Program-made: the position numbers and the translations under genes
NCBI GenBank assembly: GCA_964106915.2
Contig: OZ066916.1
Source: Podarcis gaigeae
Lineage: Eukaryota
Strand: one strand, 5' to 3'
Length of the DNA: 64,000 bases
Shown here: one piece after another, positions 49,786 to 62,129 of the stretch
Numbering within the stretch: the first letter of the stretch is position 1
How the letters are laid out: every line of letters begins with the position of its first letter
The notes under the pieces: model-generated
What the model saw: only the letters and a program-made list of their open reading frames with translations
Told to the model about the DNA's origin: nothing
The model's database searches: none

Positions 49786-50118
49786 AGCTTTTCTGATGTT
49801 GTGGTTAATTGTAACCTATTTTATCTAACTTATTTCTTTTGTATCTTTATTGACCTAGAGACTACAGTGTATATAAATTGTGGAAATAGAAAGAATAAAT
49901 ATATAAATAGTGCTTCTCTTTCCAAGCAAAACCAGTACTACAGCGGCAGCTCTTTACAAACATACTACAGGATCTTGAAAACACAAATCACAGAAGGCTT
50001 TTCAGGTATAAGTTAATAACTTTATGGCTATCCGAAAGAATCCTCCCATACTGAGGCAAGTAAAGTAAACATTTGCTAAGCTTCATTTTCCCATGGGAAG
50101 CTTAGATTGATTATGGGC

Positions 50119-50119
<1 letters not shown>

Positions 50120-50161
<42 letters not shown>
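50120..50161. repeat. (ATT)n microsatellite
   Basis: Direct reading. Confidence 0.95.
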
Positions 50162-50162
<1 letters not shown>

Positions 50163-52004
50163 TCTTGGTTGCCATTTCTTGGTTAATATTTTGTGTTAAA
50201 CACTGTGGTACATATACTATACATGCCCAATCATCTTCTTTTTTGTATTTATAGTCCACCATAAATAGACCTTCAGGATTACTGACCATCAGGAACACAG
50301 ACTGATGATCAAATGGTAACTTACCAGAGGTGCTTATAACTACTTGAAATGCTGGCTGTCTTTGAGTTGGATTGGATGAAACCACTCCCCTGACCTGGTC
50401 CATCACATGGAGGACAGCAAGTGCACTCCCCATTGACCTGGCACACCTGCCTCTCCTTCAATTACCCCACACATCCCAATACTGCCTAAGTGTATGTAAT
50501 CCAAAAATGAAGGTCAAAAAACACTCGGTCAACCTCCTGGAAAAATACAATACCCAACTGTGCAATTTTGACTTAAGAACAGTGGTTGTACTTAGATGTT
50601 CTGTCCATGCATGGCCATTCCTCTCCTTCTCATGATGGGCTGGATCAGGGGAAAGGGAGCAGCCTATCAGCCAAGTGGGCAGGAGAACCACTGTTTTGTT
50701 CAACAGTCAAAAGAGGTACCCCCTTATTCTTGGAATATGTGCTGCAATGGCAATGCAGCGAACATGTCAGTTAATTTCCCCCTCTTTGTCATGGAAGTGG
50801 TGGCAGGGTAGCTACAGACCTTGCCATGAATAATGAGATCTGTCGCTATCTATTTTGCATCAAAAGCTAGAGAATTGAGAGCATTGTATTTGGTTAGCAT
50901 TGCCCACTGCATTCTTATATTTTCTTTCTGGAGGAGGCCAATGAGTCTAGGCATGAAAGACAGAGCTGTGAACAATTTCATTGATGAATTCTTCATCTCA
51001 AGAACAAAGCTGCAGGCCCTTCAAAGCAGTCAGTGGCAATTTCAGTCAATACATATACATTTGGACTGAAATTATAGATTGATAGATACATGCAAACACA
51101 CACTTTCCCCGTTATTATTCATACACCTCTCTCAAAACTTGTTTAAAAGCTGTTGGACTGTCAGTTTATTAGTTCTCAGATCTCAGTAGGGTGTTTTACA
51201 ATGTGGAAAGTTTACCCACAACTTTGCATAAAAAATTGTGTTACATTCTAGGAAGAGGTTATTTGAAGTTTTTTCCAAACGCACTTCGAATAAGCACTGC
51301 ATTTGCAAAGGATTTAAGAATTCAAAAGGCAAAGTGAATACCCCAAAGCAGCATTCCCACAACACCTCCCTCCTCACTTGCCATACTGACTTTTGCTTAA
51401 CTTTCAACTAAGCAACCTTCAGATCATTAATTGCTGGCTATTAAATAGCTAATGAAGCATGCAATTAGCCTTAGTAATGATATAAACATGCCATCTCTCC
51501 TCTAACTCAGAGGAAATGGGATAATGCCCAAATGAATAGAGGAGAATGTGTGATTTTGGGTCCCCTGGCAGCTTCCTTTGAAAAGTAGTTCAGACAACAG
51601 TGGCTAATTTCATTCAACATTCGTATTTAGATTGCTCATTAGGTTTATTGTTGAAATGAAATCGCTACAAAGTACTGTACATTAATTCCTGATGAGGCTC
51701 AAATGACTTTTCCTAATGGTGTGTAGTACGACTAATGCTCTCTGCTGACTGGGTATCTCTATAGTCTGTCTTATGCTGCTGAGGAAATGCTGGCAATGGG
51801 GGAACAGATGCTTAAACCACTTGAGGCGAAGGAGTGCAGCACAGTGGTATAGGCCTCGCATAGGCCTGTACCATCTCAGAGCATGCCCAGAGGATTTGAG
51901 CTAGAAGCATCTTCCTGTTAAGTTTGTTTGTTTGCTTTTTTCTTTTCTTTTTTACAAGCACACATAGTTTTATTATTTTGTCTATTTATTTAAACTGTTA
52001 AATA

Positions 52005-52351
52005 ATGGTGCTGGAGGAGACTCTTGAGAGTCCCATGGACTGCAAGAAGATCAAACCTATTCATTCTGAAGGAAATCAGCCCTGAGTGCTCACTGGAAGG
52101 ACAGATCGTGAAGCTGAGGCTCCAATATTTGGCCGCTTCATGAGAAGAGAAGACTCCCTGGAAAAGACCCCAAAGTTGGGAAAGATGGAGGGCACAAGGA
52201 GAAGGGGACAACAGAGGACGAGATGGTTGGACAGTGTTCTAGAAGCTACCAACATGAGCCTGACCAAACAGCAGGAGGCAGTGGAAGCAGGAGTGCCTGG
52301 TGTGCTCTGGTCCATGGGGTCACAAAGAGTCGGACATGACTAAACGACAAC
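52005..52351 (+). mobile_element. BovB (RTE) LINE 3' fragment
   Basis: Encodes MRREDSLEKTPKLGKMEGTRRRGQQRTRWLDSV. Homologous to the 25794 copy. Confidence 0.92.
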
Positions 52352-52489
52352 ATTTAAAATATTCATATGCCACCTTTCATTATCAAATCTCAGGGCAGTT
52401 TACAGAAAATATTAAAACAGTAGTAAATTAAAGATAGCAATCCACATCAGAAAAAATAGAAAACACATCACTAAAGGCTAAATCTGCAA

Positions 52490-54484
52490 GGGGGACTGTG
52501 AGTGTGCCGGGAAACTATCTTGCCTCAGTAACAAACTGGATGAGAGCCAACAAATTGAAGCTCAATCCAGATAAGACTGAGGCACCAAGTGGTTTCCTAG
52601 ACTTGATGGATGAGAGGTGGCCTGTTCTTGATGGGGCTACACTTTCTCTGAAGGAGAGGCACATAGTTTTAGGGTACTTCTAGATTAATTGCTGTCACTT
52701 GAGGCTCAGGTGGCCTTGGTGTCAGGGAGTGTCTTCCATTAGCTTTGGCTGGTGACCCAGTTGTGCCCCATCTGGACAGGGATAGCCTAACTTCTGTCAT
52801 CTATGTTTTGGTAACCTCTAGGTTAGATTACTGCAATGCATTATATGTGGGGCTACCTTCGAAGACAGTTCATAAATTTCAAGGTGACAAATTGAAATTG
52901 CAGAGTTTTGAGAAATTAAAAGATAAAGTGCGAGACTGGCTTCATTATTATCAAATAAGGGAGGCTTACAATATGGATAAAAAAATTGGCTTCCAGGTGG
53001 AAAAATCAAAATTGGAAACAGAACTGTTAGATCCCAAAACTAAGATACTATCAAGAATGTATAACTTGCTGTTGAAATGGAATACGCAGGATGAAACGGT
53101 TAAATCTGCTATGATTAAATGGGCACAAGATGTTGGACATGACATAATGTTTGCTGACTGGGAACAGTTGTGGACCACAGGTATGAAATTCATGGCATGT
53201 AATGCCTTAAGAGAGAATATTATGAAAATGATATACAGGTGGTACATGACACCAGTCAAGCTTGCAAAAATTTATCATTTGTCCGATAATAAATGTTGGA
53301 AATGTAAAGAGAATGAAGGTACATTCTTTCACCTTTGGTGGACGTGCCCAAGGATTAAGGCTTTCTGGGAGATGATCTATAATGAAATGAAAAAGGTATT
53401 TAAATATACCTTCCTGAAGAAACCAGAGGCCTTTCTCCTGGGCATGGTCGGCCAATTGGTGCCAAAGAAGGATAGAACTTTCTTTATGTACGCTACAACA
53501 GCAGCAAGAATACTCATCGCAAAGTATTGGAAGACACAAGATTTACCCACCCTGGAAGAATGGCAGGGACCAGGGAAAAGAGACGGCGGAAGAAGATTGG
53601 AAGAAATTTAAGGACTATCTTAAGAAACATTGTAAGATTATTGAATGTTAGAACAATGTTGATTTAGAAATTAAGGGGTTTCTAGCTGTAATGATTATGT
53701 AATTAAGAAAAGAAAGATCAAAAATTAAACAGACATTTGGGGAAGGCGCTGACCGGAAGTCCAGGATTTGCTGAATTAACTATGTGAATTGGAATACCAA
53801 AAAGGGAGGTGTGAGGAGGTCAGGGAAATAAGTAAATGAAATCTAAGATATGAAAAGATTGATTTGTTTTTAACTGTTTTCTATTTATTCTTTCTGTATT
53901 TCGCATTTTTTTATATGTATCTTTGTACTTTTTGTATTTTTCCTTTTTCTTCTTTTTTATTCTGTAACTTTTTTCTCTTTGTAAAACTTTAATATCTATC
54001 TTTTTTTTTTTTTTAAAAAAAATGAAGACAGTTCATAAATTTCTGCAGGTGTAGAATTCAGCAGCCAAGTTGCTCACCGGGACAAGACTGCACTGGCTGC
54101 CAATTAGTTTCTGGGCCCAATTCAAGATGGCTCAGCATTGCCATACCTCAAGGACCACATCTCCTGCAGCTAATCCAGACCCTGTGATCATCATAAGACC
54201 CTTCCTCGTGTGCCCCCTTCACAAGAGGTCTAGAGGGTGGCAACATGAGAGCGGGCCTTTTCTGCAATGGTTCCCTGTGGAATGGTCTCCCCATGGAGAC
54301 TGGTCTGGCACCTTTATTGCATACCTTTAGGTGCCAGGTGAAAACATTCCATCTCTCCCAGGCCTTTGGCAAATTAAATATTTTATGGCCTTTTAAACTG
54401 GGAGGGTATTGTTTTGTTTGTAACTATGTTAATTATTTTTGTGTTTTTATATGGAAAACCATCTTTGATCCTCAGATGAAGGTT

Positions 54485-54485
<1 letters not shown>
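52490..54485 (+). mobile_element. L2-clade LINE fragment split by an L1 insertion
   Basis: WMRANKLKLNPDKTE and SRLDYCNALYVGLP lie to the left of the insert; AAKLLTG..LHWLPISFWAQFK lies to the right. Confidence 0.88.
52881..54023 (+). mobile_element. 5'-truncated L1-clade LINE (ORF2 C-terminus with CCHC knuckle plus 3'UTR)
   Basis: Encodes KCWKCKENEGTFFHLWWTCP and has an A-tail. Flanked by the 20-bp direct repeat gaagacagttcataaatttc at 52861-52880 and 54024-54043. Confidence 0.92.

Positions 54486-54518
<33 letters not shown>
54486..54518. repeat. (TG)n microsatellite
   Basis: Direct reading. Confidence 0.95.
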
Positions 54519-54520
<2 letters not shown>

Positions 54521-55159
54521 ATCAGCAAATGCTTGGTGAAATAAATGTCTTTAGCAGATGTCAAAATACAGGTAAGGTCAATACCTGTCATATTTAGGAA
54601 GAAGGAATTCCAAAGGCTGGGCTCCACAATGGAAAACACCACATCATGTTCACACAGCATAATCTAAATGGCTAAACAGGCTTTTAGAGGTCTCCTTCCA
54701 AACCAAATTTTCCCAAAATGCATGAACAGGCATCAGCTAAGGGATAATGAAGAACCACCCCATGAGAATTGATCCTTTTCACAATGTGGGTCAGCTCAAC
54801 CCCCTTCTCCCCTGGTGAGTTTTAAGCAGCAGCTTGACACAATCACTTTTGTGATCTCCCTGATACATCTAAAGATGAAGTAAGTGTGTGTGTCAACATG
54901 GTGTTCTCCAGGGCCACATCATTTCTACCCCACAAGATGATCACCACCTCACTGTTCCTCCTGCTACCATATCTATAAACAGCAACAGAGAATGTACAGT
55001 TCATATAATTTGCGCACACCTAAGTATTCAACCCTGAACACAACCAACCAATCACATATTGTGGGACCTGTCAGGTACTTGACCACCTCCTCCTTCAACC
55101 CTGCAGTCTCAGGTAGGCAACCAAAACAGGAAGTCTGAATCTTTAGGCAACCATAGATG

Positions 55160-55346
55160 CATAGGAGCCAACTTCTAGGGGCTATGGGACCTTCAGCCCC
55201 CATTAGAAAGTATTTGAGGGGGCTGCCCCCCAAAGTTGATGGGCATTCCCATTCAAATGGTGTGTGTGGACTGCATCATTTGATCAATTATGTGGGGCAG
55301 GGCCTACCTGGGCCCCCACAATATTTTATTCAAGTTGGCACCCCTG
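55160..55346. mobile_element. hAT-like MITE (related partial copies near 21688 and 27600-27725)
   Basis: TIR CATAGGAGCCAACTT...AAGTTGGCACCCCTG with a degenerate 8-bp TSD catagatg/catgaatg. Confidence 0.7.
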
Positions 55347-56138
55347 CATGAATGGCTGTTGGCTTAATGGCTCACAAATTGTGCAGGGTACCTTTGCAGT
55401 GTTGGACGTAAGAGTTAGGAGCAAGCGGTGTTCTCTATTTTGAATGACTGAATTTTTAAACTAACTGAGGTTCCAACTGATATAAAGAGCAATTACCATA
55501 AGGCCAGAATGTCGTCACTGTTACTACTTCCTGACAGCTAGCGTGGTCCAGGGTAGTAGAGCGTCAACCGGTTTCTGTGAAATGTGGGTTCAGGTTCTGG
55601 TGCTGGGTTATCAGGCAAACTGGTTCTTGGACACAGTGCCTATGTACTTTAAACCTTGCTAAAACCAAGGACTGGTGTTTTTAATTAGTTTGTATGGCAG
55701 AAAGCTCTTTACTTAGCTTAGCATCTCGATATTGATTTGACACTGGCATGCACATGTACAAAACTGTGGACTGAACAGTTGGCATGGACTGATGCATCTT
55801 CCCCACTGAAACATGGGGCTGCTTATCATTTGCTGAAAGAACAAGACCTTCCCGTATCAAATCAATGAGGTTTAAAAGCGCTTAACTTGCCTATATTGAG
55901 CACTTCATTATTTCCTTGCAAATCTGAACTACTTGGGAAACACAAAACTAAGCAACTTCCCACAGATTTCAGTCTAAATAATTTCACTACTCTATATCAA
56001 CACACAGCAAAGCAGACAACAGACACATTTCTTATTTATCACTGTCTATAATGTCCCACTAAATAAACCCAAACCAAACCAACCCTCTAATCAAACAAGC
56101 GTAAGTTGTATTGTCATTGAATAACTGAGCGCTCTTAC

Positions 56139-56294
56139 TTGAAGCTGAAATTTTTCAGCTAGTTTCTGGTACTGAGGAGATGTAGGATCACTCAGTTCTG
56201 GAGTATACTCCTGGTCAGTGAGGGTCACACTGAACTCCACCATCTGCTCCACAGGACGTTCGGGGACTATGTTCGGGACCTCTGGCTTTGGCTC
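56139..56294 (-). CDS. IMPG1: IMPG1 exon 7 homologue, start of SEA-1 (EPKPEVPNIVPERPVEQMVEFSVTLTDQEYTPELSDPTSPQYQKLAEKFQLQ)
   Basis: TTTTCTCAG acceptor and GTAAGA donor. 156 nt, phase 0-0. Confidence 0.96.
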
Positions 56295-56509
56295 CTGAGA
56301 AAAACAGGAGAGGAAATGAGTTTCCATCCTACCTGGGCAACACCCAGTATCCTGTATACTGAAAGTGAACTCATTCTCTGACTGCCAATCTTATGCGATC
56401 AAAACTGCACCATCCACACACAAGACAGAGGTATTAACCTGTGAGGTTAGCAGAAGCATGCACATGCACACACAAACTTTGGGAAAGGAGACAAAGTAAA
56501 AGGAGAAAA

Positions 56510-56642
56510 NNNNNNNNNNNNNNNNNNNNNNNNNNNNNNNNNNNNNNNNNNNNNNNNNNNNNNNNNNNNNNNNNNNNNNNNNNNNNNNNNNNNNNNNNNN
56601 NNNNNNNNNNNNNNNNNNNNNNNNNNNNNNNNNNNNNNNNNN
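56510..56642. other. Assembly gap (N run)
   Basis: 133 N. Confidence 1.
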
Positions 56643-57953
56643 GGAATACTGGCTGGCTTGTGCTTCAAGCCAGCACTCCACACTACAACACCTTGTTGCA
56701 GAACTCACTAATATTATTTAGTTCTATATTTTAAAGAAATTTTGTGTGATATTTCTTAAAGATGCATGCACATGTCATTTAAAAATAACTGGGCACAGAA
56801 TATACACCAACTGATTTTGCATTAAAAGGCTGGATACAGCACTAATCTCTAAAATAATGAATATTTATGTGTATATGAATATGCATATTAGTTACAACTT
56901 CCTAGAAAACTGTCAGCATGCAAATGTCTATATTTTCCCATGTTCAGAAATCCCTGTAGAAGCAACATCTCCCAGTCGTAGATTGATACAATCAGTAACA
57001 GCATCACAACAAGGAGATGTACCAGTCACTGCTATTTTCAGCTGAGACTTTTCCAATAATAAGTCAAGTGGGGTGCCCTTAGTGGTACTGATGCCAGCCA
57101 CCAGTTTGCTTGGGTCTTCCCTTGGGTTGGTGGGTAGGGCTACTGTGATGATTTGACAGGATGTAAAAAATATGTAAGTTTAAATAACATCTATCCCAAT
57201 ACTTCATTCCCTCACTGCCCAGCTATGCTGCAAAAACTGAGAGGTGCATCCCATAATAACTTGTAATGGCACAGAGGATGCTCTGGTGAGTCTGAAGACT
57301 ACAGCCGAAGATTTGTAGCATCCTCTATGACAATGAAAGGGCTATTGGGGAGCACATCGCAAAATGCACACAGCTTTGCTAATGACCCTAAACATACAGG
57401 TTTCTAGAATGATTGCATGAATGGTATGGGCAAGTTGCAATGGTCCTGACTGCAACATACAATGGATCAAGGTATGCCCAGCTCATGGCTTTGTGGTTAC
57501 TTTGTGTATACCAGCCAGTATTTCAAAGTATTCCTTACATGAATTCCTGGCGGGCTTTTTCCCTCGACCAATGTTTCCTCAATGCCTTTTCCCTCATTCC
57601 CAGAAGCTAGAAAAGAAAACTTTGATTTGTTTTCCCACCCCTTTCATAGCAAAGCATAGGCTTCTGTTTGTGTAATGGGAATGGATTATGCAATAAGGTC
57701 AAAAAGCCTTGATTAACATTGGTGGGTGAAACCTTTGCTTTAAAGCCATTTCAAATGACCATTATTTTCCACAAGCGTGGGCAGGAAGCATCATTCACAA
57801 TTAGCTCACAGGAGAGACGCTAATACAACATTTACATCATAACTGAAGTGAATATAGAGAAAACCTAATGGCTTTCTCTAATGGCACACAAGTCACTGAG
57901 TCAGAAAACCAAGAGCAATTGGCTAGTGATATGGAATGTTAATGTGCCCTCAC

Positions 57954-58000
57954 CTTCACAGGAACTTTGGTGTCGTCGACAACAGGGCCTGTAGGGGCTG
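57954..58000 (-). CDS. IMPG1: IMPG1 exon 6 homologue (AAPTGPVVDDTKVPVK)
   Basis: TTTAAC branch-like motif, pyrimidine tract and CAG acceptor, with GTGAGG donor. 47 nt, phase 1-0, which bridges the flanking exons. DDTKVPVK resembles the recalled NDTKMPTT and NETKTPVK. Confidence 0.85.
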
Positions 58001-58981
58001 CTGTGTGCAGTAAAGGTAGAGAGGGGTTAAAAACAGGTGTGGGAGTTCTTTCTTTGCCCAAGAAGCAAATAATGTGAATTAGCAAAATAACAGAATCAAT
58101 TTGAACCTAAGAAATGAATTAAAATATACATTTACCTCTTGTGATGTATATAATTCAAGAGAAACAAAGGCACAGATTGGGGTGACAATATTATGCACAC
58201 TAATTTAAGAGTAAGACTCACTGAATTCACCATGAGTTAGAACTTCACTTTAAAGGCCAAACGACATGTGCCACCATTCAGGCAATTAACAATTACGTAA
58301 AGGATGTTTTGAAGTAAATAGTAGGCATAAGGGCCCCAATTCAGATCAGGAGCTTGACTGGGGTGGGACTGTAGGGGCTTTAAGCCTCTGTTCCTCTGCT
58401 GTAGCCCCAATCCAGATTAAGAGCCCTGTACTTACTATTTGCACTAGAAGAAAGACTGTTGGTGCAAGTGGAAGGTTTTATTTCATTGCAAATAGCAGGT
58501 ACACAGGGGCCCAACACAGACTAGAACCATAGCAATGGACAAAAGTTTTGAACCCCCTACAACCCTGCTAGGATCACATTCCAAAATGGCCCCTTCAGTG
58601 CTGCCATTTAGTTTTTGAAAGCCATTCGTGCAGTTGCATGAACAATAGCATCACCTTCAACAACATACCATCAAACCCCATCCAGATGAAATTCTGTGTT
58701 GCCAATTTCCTGCCTGATTATTTCTTTTAGCAAACCCCAGCAGCTTTCCTGAGAAGTATTTTACAGCAGAAACAAGATGAATAGTGCACAGTTAAACACT
58801 CTGGTTCAAGCACTGAAAGCTCAGTTTGTAGCTACGGGAAAGATATGAGACTTATAATCCAAACATATGCCATTAGCATATTTCACTTGTGACACCCATT
58901 ATATTTCAGAGTTCTGAACAACAAGTAACAATAATACTCAGGGTTAATGGATAGAAGCACATATGGCATCTTTTACTTTAC

Positions 58982-59046
58982 CTGTAGCAACAGAAGGTTC
59001 TTCAATTTTTTTGCCACTAGTTTTCTCTGTAGAAATTTCCTCTTTT
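58982..59046 (-). CDS. IMPG1: IMPG1 exon 5 homologue (R-KEEISTEKTSGKKIEEPSVAT)
   Basis: TTTCTGATAG acceptor and GTAAAG donor. 65 nt, phase 2-1. Confidence 0.92.
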
Positions 59047-61752
59047 CTATCAGAAATAAAGAAGGAACACTGTAAATTATGCAGTGAAGATGAAAGGAAC
59101 AGGAATTGTTTCCTCTTTGACATACAGATTAAAGCCTTGATTCAACTAGGTATTCTCTAAAGTTCTATTGGTCTCAATAGGATAATGAATCTTCTATTTC
59201 ATTCCTCTTTGCACTTACATCAGTGGAACTTAAAACTGCTTATGTTGGCTGGGCAGGTGCCTTAGTTTTATAGACGCAGCCCAAATAATGGAATAAATGC
59301 TTCTAAATACCCCCCCAATAATTAAAACATTTCTGTCAATAGTAACAACAACAACAACACTATCCATGAATGAATCAGTCTGTTTCTGGTCTCTGTCAAT
59401 TTTACAAGTTGTTTATTCATAATTCAATGCCATCCTGTTTCTTAAAAAAAAAAAATCCATACAAAAATTTATATTTATATATTTGTTTTTTCACAAATGA
59501 TTTAAATACATTTTCTATCTCAAAGTAAATTTTTCTAAACACATTGGGTGAGATTCAACTAATGAGTCCTATCAGTGGAGGTCCTACACAAAGGGCTTGC
59601 ACAACTTGCTTTCCCCTCATCTCTACCCCCCACCCTCCCAAAATTGGCTCAAGGTGGGGATGGGGGAAATCCCCAGAACAGGTATTGTTCCATCCGGCAA
59701 TGTTTACTGTGGTATCGAGTTCCTTCCATTTTATCCTAGAATATACATTTAAAATGTGTATGTCCTTAAAACCAAGAGCTACAGCGCAAAATTCAGAGAA
59801 GTGTGAAATCCAAAGCCCTGTAGAACGCCCTCCCATCAGATGTCAAGGAAATAAACAACTAGTTGACTTTTAGAAAACTTCTGAAGGCAGCCATGTTTAG
59901 GAAAGTTTTTAATGTTTGATGTTATCGTGTTTTTAATATTACATGGACTTGCTTAAAGCTGGGGATGAGAATTAAGGGGTTATACCAAAATCCTTAAGAA
60001 ACCAGTGGGTTCTGAGGAGGGATTTGAAATAAAAAGGTGGTTCTGCTCTCATAGTCAGAAAAGGAGCTCAGACACAGGGGGCAGTGAGGGATAACAACCA
60101 GCTCCATCATTGCCAGCTGTGCCTGCTTCTAAGAGAGCAAAAAGCTGAGGCTAATAGAGTTGGAGGAGCGAAGGTCATAAAAGGGTATAACAGAAAACAA
60201 GCAGAGAAAGGTAAGGTGAGGCAATGTTGTGAAGGCCTCAGAAGGGAAAACCAAATCATATACAAGTGCACCAAATGTAGCCTCACTTCAGTTTAAACTT
60301 GTAATGAACTCTTGTCAGGGTTATTTTTTAGGCAATGTAAAAGACTGCTTCTGTTTCTTTCTACAGTGATGCTTGAACTGGTCCTATAACTCATTTTTTC
60401 TCCATTCACGCTGTTCCTTTAATTTACAAAACTGATCCAATTTCAAAAGAGTAGTAGTGGAAGCAATAGTAAATAAAACGAATAAGTGCCACAACAAACA
60501 ACCACAGGGGTCATTTTCACGGAGGTAAAATATTTACTTTCCTTTCTGATGAATTGTTCCAATATTCTGCATGACGCAGCACCTCATGTGGCTACCACAC
60601 AACAGATGAAAGTCAGGAAATCTATATGTTCTCCTTCTTTGAGGGTCTTGTCTTACATTGTGACAAGCTAAACGTTCTTCTAATTTAGGGTGTCGACCCT
60701 TTCTAAAACATCCATTTGCCAAATTCTCTCAATCCTCTACCTTTGCAACCTGGTATCTTTCAACTAGAGGTGCCATGCAGAGGCTTATTTTGGGACATTA
60801 TGCATCCAAAATATGCCCTCTTATTACTATGGCATTGCCAGAGGAGGAATGATTGGAGTGAGGGGGAGGACTGTAAGGAGAAAAGAGTTTGGCAATCAGA
60901 AAGAGTGAACAAATGAAGAGGACTCCATGTTCTTTTTTTCTTTCTCCCAGATTATAACTGGCCAGATCAAGAACACACTTGTATCTAAAGTAACATCTTT
61001 CCAAACAAAAGGTCTTCTCAAAATTCTTTCTGCTTGATCTGGTGGCTGCTAAAGCTCAGATTAAAGCCACAGGAATGCTTTCTTGTACATTTAACAGCTC
61101 ACACAAGTGGTCTAGTCATGAGAACCAATGAAAAGGAAACTTATATACCAACTTTCACACTCTGCTGAAAGTGGAATTTGTGAGGTTTCCTAGCCAGACT
61201 TTACTCCAATCATATGAGCTCACAAGAACTGTTTAAAAAGGGTTTGGACTGGACATCTTGAATTTGGAAATGTTGATAAAAACCAGATTACAGAATGGTA
61301 TATGTAACAGGGCACATTATTGAAAAATTCATGGAATTTTAAACAAACAAATATACAGTCAGAAGGAAATAACTTTATATGACTTCAATCTTGACATTAT
61401 CCATCTCAGTTGTCCTGTGAATATTGCATTATGTCTATTTAGAAATTGTTTTGGAGATTGAAAGATCTCCAGCCTACAATAGCTAATGCCCAAATCTTCC
61501 TGGATAGGATTGTGGATCAAATTATTTATGAACAGAGTGTGATTCTGAATCACTCACTCTTTAGAGGCAGTCACTCATGGACACACCAGACTCAGAGGAT
61601 TTTTTACACTCTTCTTAACTGTAGCAGGTGTAATAAATGTATGTCATGCACATAAGCTACATAACATTCAAAATGCTTACATACCTTTTACATTTTTGTT
61701 TACAGAAGGCAGGAACATCAACTGAAGAGAACTCTTATTTTGGTTTACTTAC

Positions 61753-61781
61753 CTATCCTGGAAGGTTCTGTGTTTTACTCG
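61753..61781 (-). CDS. IMPG1: IMPG1 exon 4 homologue (RVKHRTFQD-R)
   Basis: TTTTTCCAG acceptor and GTAAGT donor. 29 nt, phase 0-2. Confidence 0.92.
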
Positions 61782-61962
61782 CTGGAAAAAGATTTAAAAA
61801 GAGAAAAACAGATTACTTGCAAGTTTCTTCTTTCATTATTCCATGATTCAGTCTAATGCCATTTCTTTTCCACCGTGGACCCTTTAAATGTTTTTTTGAT
61901 GTGCCTTGGTCTTTTAAAAGAGACATTCTTCTGTGTGAGAAAACACGGTCTTTAGGTCTTAC

Positions 61963-62129
61963 CCGTTGAATTATCTCCAGATGCTCCTGAGAATTACTGA
62001 AATTTTTCCCAATGTCAAATATGCAGAAAGTGTCTCGTTGACAGGCGGTGACCCAATTCTGGTATTCTGATGCATCTGGAATCCGATCCAGAAAGATCCG
62101 GAAGGCTTCCCATACAGCTTCTTGGCAGA
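61963..62129 (-). CDS. IMPG1: IMPG1 exon 3 homologue ([56 protein letters not shown])
   Basis: CTTTTCTCAG acceptor and GTAAGA donor. 167 nt, phase 1-0. Carries the diagnostic IMPG N-terminal motif. Confidence 0.98.

Noticed and set aside
56927-57143. Minus-strand open frame of ~70 codons after a CAG acceptor (VALPTNPREDPSKLVAGISTTKG...) in IMPG1 intron 6
   Set aside because: Its phase does not follow exon 6, it has no strong in-frame donor and it shows no recognisable homology. It is compatible with chance.
59940-60665. Possible LTR remnant ending in TGTGACA
   Set aside because: No 5' boundary or TSD could be defined.
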